The translations under genes and the position numbers were made by a program. The notes beneath the pieces are model-generated. The model was not told where the DNA came from. It ran no database searches and worked only from the letters and a program-made list of their open reading frames with translations. Below are positions 1-13,714 of a stretch of DNA of 64,000 nucleotides, piece after piece (position 1 is the stretch's first letter; each line of letters opens with the position of its first letter). The stretch lies in contig OZ024741.1 in assembly GCA_964016885.1 (NCBI GenBank), positions 184,512,001-184,576,000 on the forward strand, given 5' to 3'. This stretch comes from Eledone cirrhosa. Lineage: Eukaryota.

Positions 1-603
1 AGTAAGTATGTATGTATGGATGCATGCATGTATGTATGTATGTATATATATATGTGTGTGTATTTGTATTTATATATATAATTATTTGTTTTTATGCATT
101 TATTCATTTATATTAATACTTTTAGAAATTTTAATCATTCTATTTTCATTCTTTTCTACCTAGAGGCTATTTTAGTAGGTTCTCAACTAATTACTATAAT
201 AGTAAACATATAGCCTGCTTTTTACTTTCATTTTTTATTTTTTGTTTTTCTTGTTTATGTTATTTCATTTTGTTTTGCAGCCTATACGAAAAAGCAAATA
301 TTTAATAAAGTGCTATTACGAAAATGTTTAAAAGCAATTTGAGGCTGATCCTGAAATAAATATACCAAACAAGAAATAGAGAAAAATTGATGTACATAAT
401 TTATCTAATTATTATTATTAGTGTTGTTCATATAGAGCATATATGTATCTATGTGTATATGTACGTATATATGTGTGCGTGTGAGTGCATGTGTGTATGT
501 GCATTTGCTCACACACTTAAATATTAATAAATATACTTACATTTGCCGTACCCATTTACAAGGTGCATTATCGATGTTTTCCATATATATTTGTTCATGC
601 TCT

Positions 604-652
<49 letters not shown>

Positions 653-846
653 TACACATATATATATATATGTATAAGGTTTCCCGTAATATTTTTGACT
701 ATGATTTAGTCTAATATGGGGCGCATAAAACCATCGAACAGAAAAAGATTATATTAAAAATCTTCTATTTCTATTTCTGTTTCAATACTAAAGTTCGCTC
801 GCTGCGTTCCAAATATACTTCCATCTATATATATAAAACTGTTGTT

Positions 847-999
<153 letters not shown>

Positions 1000-1378
1000 C
1001 GTCCTCATTTTTGCAAAATATATACAAATCCACATTTCTACTCCGATCGGCTTCAAATTTGTGATTTATATATTCCTTGCAGTCTAAAGGTACTAACTGC
1101 AGCTTTTATTTTTCTATTTTCTGTTGTTAAAGGTGTATAAGGCGCCGGTTTCTCAGAAACTTAATAATGAGGAGTGGCACCCCATCCTGAACCTGTTTAT
1201 AGAATTCTTTCTGCCTTTGTTACTCTAAAAATAAAAATAAAAATAAACTATAGCTTTGTAGAATTAGCTTTTAATGAATTCCCATTTCTATCAACCAATG
1301 ACCTACACCCATCCCAGTCCCTACCCTCTTCTACCACTTGAAGAGACCTATAAATACCATACTTATTTATTGATACCC

Positions 1379-1429
1379 AGATTCCTGATGATTTCTAAAG
1401 AATGAAACAGTTCTAGTCCTGTAGAATCT
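1379..1429 (+). ncRNA. Type I hammerhead ribozyme motif
   Basis: Stem I AGATTC/GAATCT; core CTGATGA 1385-1391; short stem II TTC-TAAA-GAA; GAAA 1404-1407; stem III ACAG/CTGT; GUA cleavage triplet 1421-1423. Confidence 0.75.
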
Positions 1430-1511
1430 CATCTATATTAAAACTTTTATACTCTGCAATGTATTGAGTACCTTACTTACTGTGGTTACCTCCGATTCAA
1501 CCCGGAATAAC

Positions 1512-1568
<57 letters not shown>

Positions 1569-2956
1569 ATAAGAACAGATTAAAGTTTAAGCAAAGAATC
1601 GCTGCTTTCAACATTAACGGGATCTTCTGAAATTAAAATATTTCGAGAAACGTTACAACCGAAGGAAAACAGGAAGACGATATTTTGGTTCGTGAAGACG
1701 TTCCCTGGTAATGAACGGAAAAAAAGCGAGGATAATAAGTCGTTATGTGGAACGAGAAGACCAAGTTTATGGTAGAAATGGAGTCGTTAGACTAATATTC
1801 TATTTAAAATAACAGAATGATTTCCAGCCCCGGAGTTTAAGAAAATGGCAAATAAAATTAAAAACGAAAATGACAGAGGTTATTAAAATAGTAAAAGTAA
1901 ATAGTGAAGATTTAGGCCAGTACATACGTATGCGCCGACGGACATACACATGCATACGCACACACAAATACATACACACACACACACACGCGTGTGTGTG
2001 TGAACCTTATGCATTTCTACAGTATTTTCACCAAACTTAAGACATAGGTTACTTATGTACTCTGGATGGTCATGAGCACTTTTATTTTTCCAGATATTGA
2101 TTATAGGACATTCCGGCAGATATCCCCCTTTAATCACTTCCTTGGAGTCGACTGAAGCACTGCAGTGCAATGCAACAAAACGTCATAACTTCTGGAGTTC
2201 GCAAACGATTTTTACAAAACTTTACACATGAGCTACGTTTGTTCTACAGATGAATGTGAAATATCAGAATTGGCATATATTTAGCAGGGGACCCCTGGGA
2301 GCAGGAAGCCCCTTTTGTAAAAAGCCGATGATTTTGTAAAACTATAGTTTTCGAAGCAGCACTGAAGTATTGAGATAAATGGTATAGATAACTGCTATTT
2401 AATACCCGAGCAATGTCGGGTATCTCTGCTAGTTGTTTATATATATATTTCGGCGGCGGCCAAAACAAAACGAAACGCAATTTTAGAGATACGCCGGCAA
2501 GCGCTCAATGGACTAGGAAGAAGCCAGAGCAATTAACATACGTTATAAGGGCCAGACACATAATAAAAATGGTAGTGAATTGACAAGCCACGCAGCCGAA
2601 AAAACGGGCAAGCTAAACAGGTTAACAAAAAGTGTTTACATATATATATATATACTAGGCCACCCGTGACCGATTGGTTCACGTTCACTTCAAAATATTT
2701 TAAAAAATCATGTTTTCTTAAAAATAATTTCTAAATAATTAAAATATACATGTCTGATATACGTGTGAGTATGTATATATATAAATGTATGTGTGTGTGT
2801 GTGAGTATATACATATATATGTGTATGGGTGTGTCTAACTATATATATATATTTGGGTGTCTGTAGTCTATATACACTGGTCATAGAAATACACACACAT
2901 ATACACACATATATATTTATACACACACACATATATATATATACAACAACAACACC

Positions 2957-3027
<71 letters not shown>

Positions 3028-3300
3028 GCATTCTCCTTTTCTGTCTCCTCTCCCTCTCTCTATGTCTATCTTTCAATCTACTCTCTCACAACCACTATTT
3101 CTTTCTCTCTTTCTTTCACACTCTCTGTTTACCCGAAAAAAAAACCCATTTCTCAGGAACCCGTGCTTCGATTTACGCGAAACACGTTTTAGTCTATTTG
3201 TATTCCCATTTCAGTGACAACTTTTATTTAAAGTATTTTCCCATTATGCGCTCTTTTGGCTGTATTACATTACAGACAAGCAAGGAAGTAATCACATACC

Positions 3301-3381
<81 letters not shown>

Positions 3382-3712
3382 ATAAATATATTTCTCATAA
3401 AGTATTATGCCTTTCTTCCTGCGTCGGTGGGGAATTGTTTATTGTTGACAGTAAAATATAGAATAAATATTTGCATCAAATTAAAGTTTAATATTCTGTA
3501 TTTTATTAATGAAAAACATTCCCACGATAATCATCTGCATTAATCGACGAAGTAAAATATTGAGTGAAGGTTCAAATCTAGCAGAAGAAAGTTTCGCATA
3601 TTGTTTCCCCTCGCCATTTGAAATTACACGTATCAATCTTTTTATATCTCCATCGATACAATTCATAGGCAATTATTATATTACTAGAGAATTTCCAAAG
3701 TATGTGCCTGCA

Positions 3713-3966
3713 TGTATGTATGTATGTATGTATGTATGTATGTATGTATGTATGTATGTATGTATGTATTTATGTATGTATGTATGTATTTATGTATGTA
3801 TGTATGTATGTATGTATGTATGTATGTATGTATTTATGTATGTATGTATGTATGTATGTATGTATGTATATATGTATGTATGCATGTATGTATGTATGTA
3901 TGTATGTATGTATGTATGTATGTATGTATGTATGTATGTATGTATGTATGTATGTATGTATGTATG
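3713..3966. repeat. (TATG)n microsatellite
   Basis: Tetranucleotide run with occasional TTTA/TGCA variants; a second run lies at 4572-4805. Confidence 0.97.
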
Positions 3967-4571
3967 TCAGGTCACCACTTGGTGCTACTGGTAACATGTA
4001 TCCCAGTACAACCTGTCTCATGGTCGGGTCGTTGGCGACTAAACTGGCAACCCCACCAAGGTTTCTTGGTGAGGAGGGTGACTTTGGACATCCTGCAGGA
4101 CTAAAAACAAAACCTGTCGAAGGGCAAAGGAGCTCTTAAGAGTCAATGGCCATCCAAAATCACTGGGAGAGATGACCCCTTAGCCTTTGTCAAGGCAGAA
4201 TTCTAAGAGAAGGAAAACTCTGATATAACACCTGCAACCCCGATGGTATCCAATGATGTTGACTTGTTCTTCTTTTTGGTAAATATCATCTTGGTTAAGA
4301 GAGTGGGACTGGCTTTGTGCAGTGCCTTTGCTCACTATAAAAGCTTCACAGCACAGGCATTGCTTTATATCTGGAGATCTCTCTGCACTTATCGTCACAT
4401 GGTACCATGGGCCCAGCACTATGTGTCAATAATTGTCACAAGTGTAGTGTTTGTACCAGAGTTTTCAAGTCGCTGGCTGGACTAAAAAGTCAGTCGTTCA
4501 GCGCATCGGTAGGGGTTCTCCTACATGGATATAAAGTAGTGGCCGTACTCGAAAACGTGTTGGCAGCCACC
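3967..4571 (+). mobile_element. Non-autonomous retroelement (probably RTE-associated) ending in a (TATG)n tail, copy 1
   Basis: Similar to 4806-5281 (tgtctcatggtcgg...aactggcaaccccacca...cctgcagga...ggccatccaaa) and to 30183-31125. The 3' part translates to CSVCTRVFKSLAGLKS, like the C2H2-type tail of the RTE LINE at 57120-59250. Confidence 0.6.
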
Positions 4572-4805
4572 ATGTATGTATGTATGTATGTATTTATTTA
4601 TGTATGTATGTATGTATGTATGTATGTATGTATGTATGTATGTATGTATGTATGTATGTATGTATGTATGTATGTATGTATGTATGTATGTATGTATGTA
4701 TTTATGTATGTATGTATGTATGTATGTATGTATGTATGTATATATGTATGTATGCATGTATGTATGTATGTATGTATGCATGCGTGTATGCATGCATGTA
4801 TGTAT

Positions 4806-5281
4806 GTCTCATGGTCGGATCGTCAGCGACTAAACCGGCAACCCCACCAGGCTTGCTTGGTGGGGGAGGCTGATATTTGGACACCCTGCAGGATGAAATA
4901 CAAGACCCGGCAAAGGGCGGAGGAACTCAGCAGAATCAACGGCCATCCAAATAGTACTTTTTGTTCACCTAGGAGTGAAAGAATCCCAGTTGCTGTTACA
5001 ACACCTTTCTAGGAGAGAGAAACTCAGAAAAAACCTGCAGCTTCGGAAGCATCCGATGATGTTAACAAGTTCTCCTTTTCGGGTATTATTTTCGATGCTC
5101 AGAGTGTGGGATTGGTCGAGTGCAACGCTTCCCCCCCCCCCACTTATATAACGTTCAAAGCACAGGCATAGCTTGTTCAGGATATATTATAGGTTTGTGT
5201 CACTGGCCGTAGCCTAAAAGTGCACCAAACTCTATAATTTTACAAGCAATTGCAGTACTCTTAGCAGAGTTTGCTGCCATC
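4806..5281 (+). mobile_element. Non-autonomous retroelement, copy 2 (diverged, tandem with copy 1)
   Basis: Aligns by eye with 4014-4571; ends gctgccatcatgtatgta into (TATG)n. Confidence 0.55.
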
Positions 5282-6745
5282 ATGTATGTATGTATTTATG
5301 TATGAATCTATGTATGTATGCACGTATGTATGCATGCATATATGTATGTGTGTATAGATGGATGGATGGATGCTTCTATGTATGTATATATATGCATGCA
5401 TACATGTATTTATATATGTATGTATGTTCATGTGTGAACGTATGTGTGTATGTATCAATGCAAAATTATACTAACAATATATTGCTGACCATAGACACTT
5501 GCACATCGTGCTGAACAGTGCGATTGAACCCGAATCTCATGGTTACCAAGTGGTCATCTTTATCCTAACTATTTGACTTGTAAGGTCCTATAACACGTCA
5601 GTTCCGAGGTTAGTGAAACGGACTAACTCCTCTGATTTCATCTAATGTATTTTACCCTTTTAAGACAGTTCGGCGTATTCCATTGCCTAATGCTAGGTAT
5701 TGCGGGAGAGGGAGGAACAAGGTCTATTACCTAAAGGTGTTGTAGTCGGTGCAGGTAATAATGTATATTTAATGTCTCTTCTTATACAGAAACTGCGTAA
5801 TTTGACGGCTGGAGCTTGAACAATTCTGTCTCCCTCATACTCATATTTAGAGCTGGTTAGGGGTTGAGATATATATGGATGCTGTCTGAGATCCATACCA
5901 CGACATGTACGAGGTATCTGTCCGTCACTCTACATATCTTCAGGTATTTAGATATTGTGATACGTTTCAAGAGTAATACATACAAGAGATAACTCCATAT
6001 CAGAGATGAGGTTCATATCGCATCTATTAATACAATCTAAATTACAAACACATAAAAAAACAGCAAAGAAGCGATATTAAAAAGAGTATATCAAAATGTA
6101 GTACTTCTGTGCATCCGTACATTAACAGACTTATAATTATAATTACATGAGTATTTTAATGTGCATATTGACGGGAAAAGGGACAGTAGTTAATCAATTA
6201 TGCGTTAGGCGTATAAACATATATAAAAACATTTTTTTTATGTAAAAGAAGATTCATAACGTCGTAAAAATTCTAGTTTAAAAGTAATTCTTCCTGATAA
6301 GATTTCCAGCGGTACACAAATAATCTCTGACCGTAAAACAATGATATCAGTCTTATTTATATTATAATACAATGCAATGAGATACCAATAAATAAATAAA
6401 TATAGAAAAATAGATAATTAGACAATTTTTTCTTTCAGAATTACATAGATTTGCATATTAGAATGTTCACAGAATGCCTGTATAAAAATATATATAACAA
6501 ACTACAATGTTATAATTATTGTTATTAATTTAATCTACCGGAAGGTAGTTATTATAAGTAAATAATTAAATTACAAATTTATCTTGCAACTAGATGGAGA
6601 GAATCTTCGTAGTTACAACCATATGAAACGTTATAATTTGTTGCTGGAATTTTGAAATATGTTAGAGGGAAACCATAATAGTAACTACGAATCGAGTTTG
6701 CATCTGGATGCAGGGTAAATTTGTAGTTTAATTATATATTTATGT

Positions 6746-6829
<84 letters not shown>

Positions 6830-6876
6830 TATATACATTATATATATTATTATATATTATATATTATTAATATATA

Positions 6877-6973
<97 letters not shown>

Positions 6974-7048
6974 ACATAAATATATAATTAAACTACAAAT
7001 TAAACTACAAATCCGCAATCAGCTCTATCCAGTGGTGAACCTCAAACC

Positions 7049-7121
<73 letters not shown>

Positions 7122-7269
7122 ATGCTTTGGGAGGGTCATGTTGCCAATAAGAAACACACGCACCAGTTGCTTCCACTCCAATTTATTATAAATTAAATTC
7201 ATAAATTTAAGAATTTATAAATTTCCGGTTGGTTGGTTGGTTCCATAACCGGACGGTTGTTCATATATT

Positions 7270-7312
7270 GTCAAAGTTCTTTCGTCACATATTCTGTGAC
7301 ATCTTCAGTGAC
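7270..7312 (-). ncRNA. Minimal type I hammerhead in PLE pLTR
   Basis: Reverse complement reads GTCA CTGAAGA T GTCACA-gaata-TGTGAC GAAAG-aa-CT T TGAC. Confidence 0.72.
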
Positions 7313-8172
7313 TGGGGATTCTTTTCTTTGTTTTTGTGGTTCTCCATTGTTCTGTCCTACGCCATCTTGTTTTTGTGTGTGTTTGCGTATGTGTTACATC
7401 CGGGTGTCTGTGTGTGTTTATATTTGTTTATTTATTTGTTTATTTACATGTTACTGGTTGGTTGTTTGTTCTATGTGTTTGTGTGTTTTCATTTTGTCCT
7501 TAATTGTAAGTTGTGATGTTGCTATTCCATTCATGTTTTCTATTTATTTTTGGTTGGAGTTCATTTATGTTTATTGCCTCTGTGATTTGTCTAAACTTTG
7601 CGTCTTCTCTGTGTGTAGATTCTATTTTTATTTCTATGTTCTCTAATTTGCCCTTATGTTCTATTTTAGCATGTTGGTGGAGTATTGATGATTCTTTTTT
7701 ATCTTGAAGTTCTCGCCAGTGTTCATTTAACCGTTCTCCTATACTACGAGCTGTCTCTTATATATTCTTATCTTTACTATATTCTTATTCTTATCTTTAC
7801 ATTGCCCTTCAGTACATCTTATGCTATATACTACATTTCTAGTTTTACAGTTAATATGGGGCGCTTAGTTTACAGATTATGCATTTCTTATCTATACCGG
7901 GAGGTGTTTGAAAAGGGTATGTATTGCTAATACGTGTTTTTATGGAGGTACCTGGTCTTTCTACTATCTTAATATTAAGTTTATGTTTATCTAAGGCCCT
8001 TCTAAATTTGTAAGCTAATTCATCTTTAGTGGTTGTATTGAGGAATATTACACTCTGGTATTTATTGCTATCATGCCATGAGTTTATTCTATTAACCTTA
8101 TTCTAGTTCTTTTTATTCTATTCCAAAATTTTCTCCTATACAAGAGGCAGGTCCCATTTGTATCATTATTTA

Positions 8173-9486
8173 TCATTTTTCCCATTTGGTTCTGGCTCCT
8201 CTATATACTCTGATTTTATCTCTCTGATTGTAACCAGAGAACTGCATACGGTGGATGAAGTGTTGTATGTGCCTCTCTAGTTCTTTGGTGTTGCACATGA
8301 GGGACACGTTTCTCATCACCCGTACCAAATCCGCAATCAGTATGTTGATTTTTGTGTGATCCGAAACAGCTGAGTTTCGGTGGATCAGATATTTGGAAGT
8401 CATGGGTTTGGCATAATGGGAATGGAGGATTTGTTTTTTGTTATTAATAGTTTCTAACCAGAGCTCTGTGTCTAGTACAGGTAATCGATGGTTGGGGTGT
8501 TTGCTTGGGTAGTCTATAGTAACTCTAATACTCTGGTGGATGGAGTTAGCTATTTGTTGTATGCTTTCCGTGGTGTTTTTCTCTAATTCCTGACTGTTCT
8601 CTAGTGGGGGTGTTTTTACTACGATGTTTATATCATCAACGTAGCTGGAGTGCATTATCAGGGTTAAGAAGTTGCTGTCTTCTAATTGTTCTTTAAGTTT
8701 AAGTTTATTGTCCCACCATACCATGAATAGGTTAGCTATGTCACCTGCAATGCTAACACCAATGGCAGCTCCCTCCTCTTGGGCATATGTTTTTCCCTTA
8801 AATTTGAACATATGTTCCTTAAGGATTAATTTTATACTGGCCCCCACCACATGTGCAATCATTTTCTTTAGTTCATCTTGGTTTTTGGGGGTCCGTATGG
8901 CTCTGGTCCACCCGTTCCATCTATCTGTGTGGGTTTTCTTGGCCATTAAGGTAATGGTAGGTGGTCTGCCTCTTGCTGGTCATGTAGGGCACAGGTTGCT
9001 AAGGTCATATGTATCTAGATAATCATTACTATAGGTAAGTTTAAGTAGAAATCTCAGCTAACTGGTATCAATCCCACGGAATTCAACATTGCTCTCAATG
9101 ATCATTTATACGCATTTCTCCACTGCAAAATCTACATCAATGGATGGATACAGGGACACAACATCCATACTACCTATTATACATTTTGTTAGGTCCCTAG
9201 ATCGGTTACTTTCGCCGATTCTGCTGAGGAGGTCCTCCGTGCTGTCACATATATCTGGGGACATTTCAATGATGGGGCGTATGATCAGGGAGAGAAAGTA
9301 GGAAAGTCTGTAGTTACTAGCAATGTTAGCTCCACAGACTGGCCGTGTTGGTGGTCCTGTGACAGGGTGACTGCTCGTTTTATGGTCTTTACGAAGCCCA
9401 TACAACGCTGCCACTTCATTGTTCCAGGCCTGGAAGATGTTTGCAGTCCTTTTATTGGGCTGCATTATGTTTGTCCACATCATCAT
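8173..9486 (-). pseudogene. PLE reverse transcriptase (disrupted ORF)
   Basis: Motifs LYGLRKDHK, PTRPVC, SMDVVSLYPSI (ORF 9106-9486), then YAQEEGAAIG...IANLFM, SYVDDI, LPVLDTEL and HYAKPM (ORF 8173-8946). These are typical PLE RT and thumb motifs, split by stops or frameshifts. Confidence 0.9.
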
Positions 9487-9597
9487 ATGGGCATCGAGGG
9501 TTTTCTCCCTATCCTCATGCTATTGTGGTGTTATTTCTCTTGTGTTAGTGATGTGGGGTTGCATTGCCTGGATGTAGTTTATTAACTGTAAAAAACT

Positions 9598-9840
9598 AGA
9601 AATGTAGTATATAGCATAATATGTACTGAAGGACAATGTAAAGATAAGAATATAGTGTACATAGGTGAGACAGTTCGTAGTATAGGAGAACGGTTAAATG
9701 AACACTAGCGAGAACTTCAAGATAAAAAAGAATCATCAATACTCCACCAACATGCTAAAATAGAACATAATGGCAAATTAGAGAACATAGAAATAAAAAT
9801 AGAATCTAAACGCAGAAAAGACGCAATGTGGCAATAAACA
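9598..9840 (+). pseudogene. GIY-YIG endonuclease remnant within the inverted pLTR
   Basis: Manual translation RNVVYSIICTEGQCKDKNIVYIGETVRSIGERLNEH*RELQDKKESSILHQH shows the VVY...YIG-ET...RL.EH signature; mirror copy at about 7590-7845 on the minus strand. Confidence 0.82.
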
Positions 9841-10107
9841 TAAATGAACGCCAACCAAAATTAAATAGAAAACAGGAATGGAATAACAACATCACAACTT
9901 ACAGTTAAGGGCAAACTGAAAACACACACACACATAGAACAAACGACCAACCAGTAACATGTAAATAAACAAATAAATAAGCAAATATAAACACACACAG
10001 ACACCCGGATGTAACACATGGGCAAACCAAGCACACAACACACACAAAAACAAGAAGGCGTAGGACAGAACAAAGGAGAGGCACAAAAACAAAGAAAAGA
10101 ATCCCCA

Positions 10108-10150
10108 GTCACTGAAGAAGTCACAGAATGTGTGACGAAAGAACTTTGAC
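10108..10150 (+). ncRNA. Minimal type I hammerhead in inverted PLE pLTR
   Basis: GTCA CTGAAGA A GTCACA-gaatg-TGTGAC GAAAG-aa-CT T TGAC. Confidence 0.72.
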
Positions 10151-10356
10151 AATATATGAACAACCGGTTACGGAACCAACCAACCAACCGGAAATTTATA
10201 AATTCTTAAATTTATAAATTTAATTCAGAATAAACTGGAGTGAAAGCTACTGGTGCGTGTGTTTCTTATTGGCAACATGACCCTCCCAAAGCATAACAAT
10301 ATCGGTTTCAACACACGTTTTCAGATAAAGAATCTTGCTAAATAAATTCAGAAACG

Positions 10357-10387
<31 letters not shown>

Positions 10388-10390
<3 letters not shown>

Positions 10391-10946
10391 GAGATCAATA
10401 TCCCCACAGGGACTAAGTACATCTGGAAATATATAGGGTGTCTATGATACAGTGGTTGTTCTATGGTATTAATTTGACATACCAGAACTATAAAATTGAG
10501 ATAAGTGGAGCAGGCAAGATTCAAACAATTTTTTTAAATAAATAAAAAAATATAATTTTATATATTCACCTATTCCTTTTGCTTTTACCGACGGTTTTAC
10601 CTCACAAAAGATTGGAAATCCTAGGGACTTCCAATGGAAATGTTCGGATCTTCAGAAAGCATTTTTCCTACCTAGGACGTAAAGTCCCAGGAACGGCAAA
10701 ATATATTGACATCTGACAGCTAGTACAGGATCGAATGAGACCGTAAACTTGACCTGCACATGAACCAGCCCTTAGTAGAAGCGGAAGTAAACATAGACTT
10801 GTTGTCTATCACGTCACTAAAAATAGCAGCTAAATAAAACAACGGATTTGTTCTCTACATAACGGAGTATATATAAAAAGGAGATCAATATCCCCACAGG
10901 TACTAAGTACCTCTGGAAATATATAGGGTGTCTATGGTACAGTGGA
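10388..10946 (-). mobile_element. About 490 bp terminally redundant unit with decayed hammerhead (retrozyme-like)
   Basis: 10388-10456 is repeated directly at 10878-10946. Minus strand reads gcttt CTGAAGA ... ttccattggaa..ttccaat ... tAAAACCGTCggtaaaagc. Diverged relative at 28830-29210. Confidence 0.55.
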
Positions 10947-11490
10947 TGCATCTCAATTATATATATATAGACAGATATACATACATATACACATACATAT
11001 ACACATACGCATAAAACTATGAAACTGTTAAAAGAAATAAATTAATTAAGAGAAAAGAAGAGAGGGAGATAAGTGAAGACCGAGGCAGCGAAGCGAGCGT
11101 GTAAAATCTATACTATTGGTTGGTTGGTGCCTCTCATTGGCACCCCGCTGGCATGTGGTCTAAAGGTTTTGCTGCGGTAAAACCTTTAGAAACGCCTGCG
11201 GAAAAGCCAGAGCTACTCACTGCATCATCCATTTATCTTCTCTTGAATTTGAGAAGGAAAATGGCAAAATCAAGGAAATCGGAGTACTCGAAGACCAACA
11301 GCACAAGATGGAAACGGTAAGTCGAAACCAGGTATGGTTATCTTCCGCTCCTCAGTTACAAGTGTCGGTCCAGGATTTTTCGCGGAGGCGATGAGATTGG
11401 CATCGGAGAACGTGGTGTAGCATGTGGTACGCGTGATTAAGGATTTATCCGCCTGCAATCACTGCAGTCGCGACATACATATGGACACGC

Positions 11491-11522
<32 letters not shown>

Positions 11523-11533
11523 GCACACGCACA

Positions 11534-11636
<103 letters not shown>

Positions 11637-11771
11637 TAAATTCAAAGGGTATATATATATATATATATAATTAGACATAATCACAGATACATATATGAGT
11701 TTGGCAACCATTCACGGTGTGGCTCAATGAAGAATTAATTAAATAATTATTAATCAGAGCTATATATAAAA

Positions 11772-12536
<765 letters not shown>

Positions 12537-12605
12537 CTAACTCGTCCATGGACTGAGTGCTCTACCACTATGGATATTACCTTCCAGTGTCCTACCCTCT
12601 CCCAC

Positions 12606-12698
<93 letters not shown>

Positions 12699-12739
12699 CG
12701 AAACATAAGTCAATTGCATGAACTCATAATCCTTTATAT

Positions 12740-12795
12740 ACTGCTATATATATTTCGATGATAGCCATTGAATGGCTATGACCTCATCAGGCAGT
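12740..12795 (-). ncRNA. Type I hammerhead ribozyme motif
   Basis: Reverse complement reads ACTGC CTGATGA GGTc-ATAGCCAT-tca-ATGGCTAT-cATC GAA ATATATAT A GCAGT: 5 bp stem I, long stem II, palindromic stem III, AUA site. It lies in a roughly 350 bp unit (12693-13048) flanked by (TA)n. Confidence 0.8.
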
Positions 12796-13045
12796 TAGTC
12801 AGTTCTTAGATATGCCAGCTCTGTCTTTATAGTGTTGATGGTATCAGAGCCTTGGGACATATGAGCTTGTTAGGAATAATTTAATGTTGTCAGCAGGAAG
12901 AGTCTTGATTCTTATTGGTCAGTTTGTAGATGGTAGTAGGGTTGGTATTTGACCTCAAAGAGGCAGGTGGTTTTGTAAAGTTCAAACGGTCAGGCAAGAT
13001 GACAATAGTTCCATATGACTGATTTTTACAAAAAAGTATTCCTGG

Positions 13046-13163
<118 letters not shown>

Positions 13164-13625
13164 TTAGTTTAAAGAGGCGAAAAACTGGATATTACGTTAG
13201 ATAGAGAAACATTGAGCCTAGAGAGAGACAGCACGAAGGAGATTATGGTAGAAAGAATGAAAACGAAACTGTTCAATAAAAATATTCTAGCAGCCTAACG
13301 CGATCAAAACCAAACACAGTTCTTCTGTATTCATTTTCAACTGTTATATTATTTATGATCATCAAGATAAATATTGATTCAAAACACATGACAAACGATC
13401 TCAGTTTCTGATATCAAGCTAACACGACAGAGCAATACGGATAATCGTGCGTCCATGTGTTTGGGTATTAGAATATTAAATTAAATGAATAATTGTAAAT
13501 ATCATATATTAATAGACGTTGTAATCTACAAAACTTAGAAATAAATAAATACAAGGAAACATGGCGACAGGCAGGGAATTTTCAGAATGTTAACGGAATA
13601 AGTACTGAGAACACAAAACGTGTGC

Positions 13626-13665
<40 letters not shown>

Positions 13666-13714
13666 GTTAAACAATATTCAATGATTATGTCAAAGAATGA
13701 GTTTTAAAGTAGAT

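Larger units (their letters stand above)
7116..10360 (-). mobile_element. Penelope-like element (PLE), 5'-truncated, with inverted pseudo-LTRs
   Basis: 7116-7856 is the diverged reverse complement of 9581-10300. The interior has minus-strand RT motifs and the repeats carry GIY-YIG remnants and a hammerhead. Both ends abut (TA)n. Confidence 0.92.

Noticed and set aside
5930-6010. Hammerhead-like fragments on minus (CTGATAT...GAAACGTA; CTGAAGA)
   Set aside because: Core is altered and stem I does not pair; cannot be distinguished from chance.
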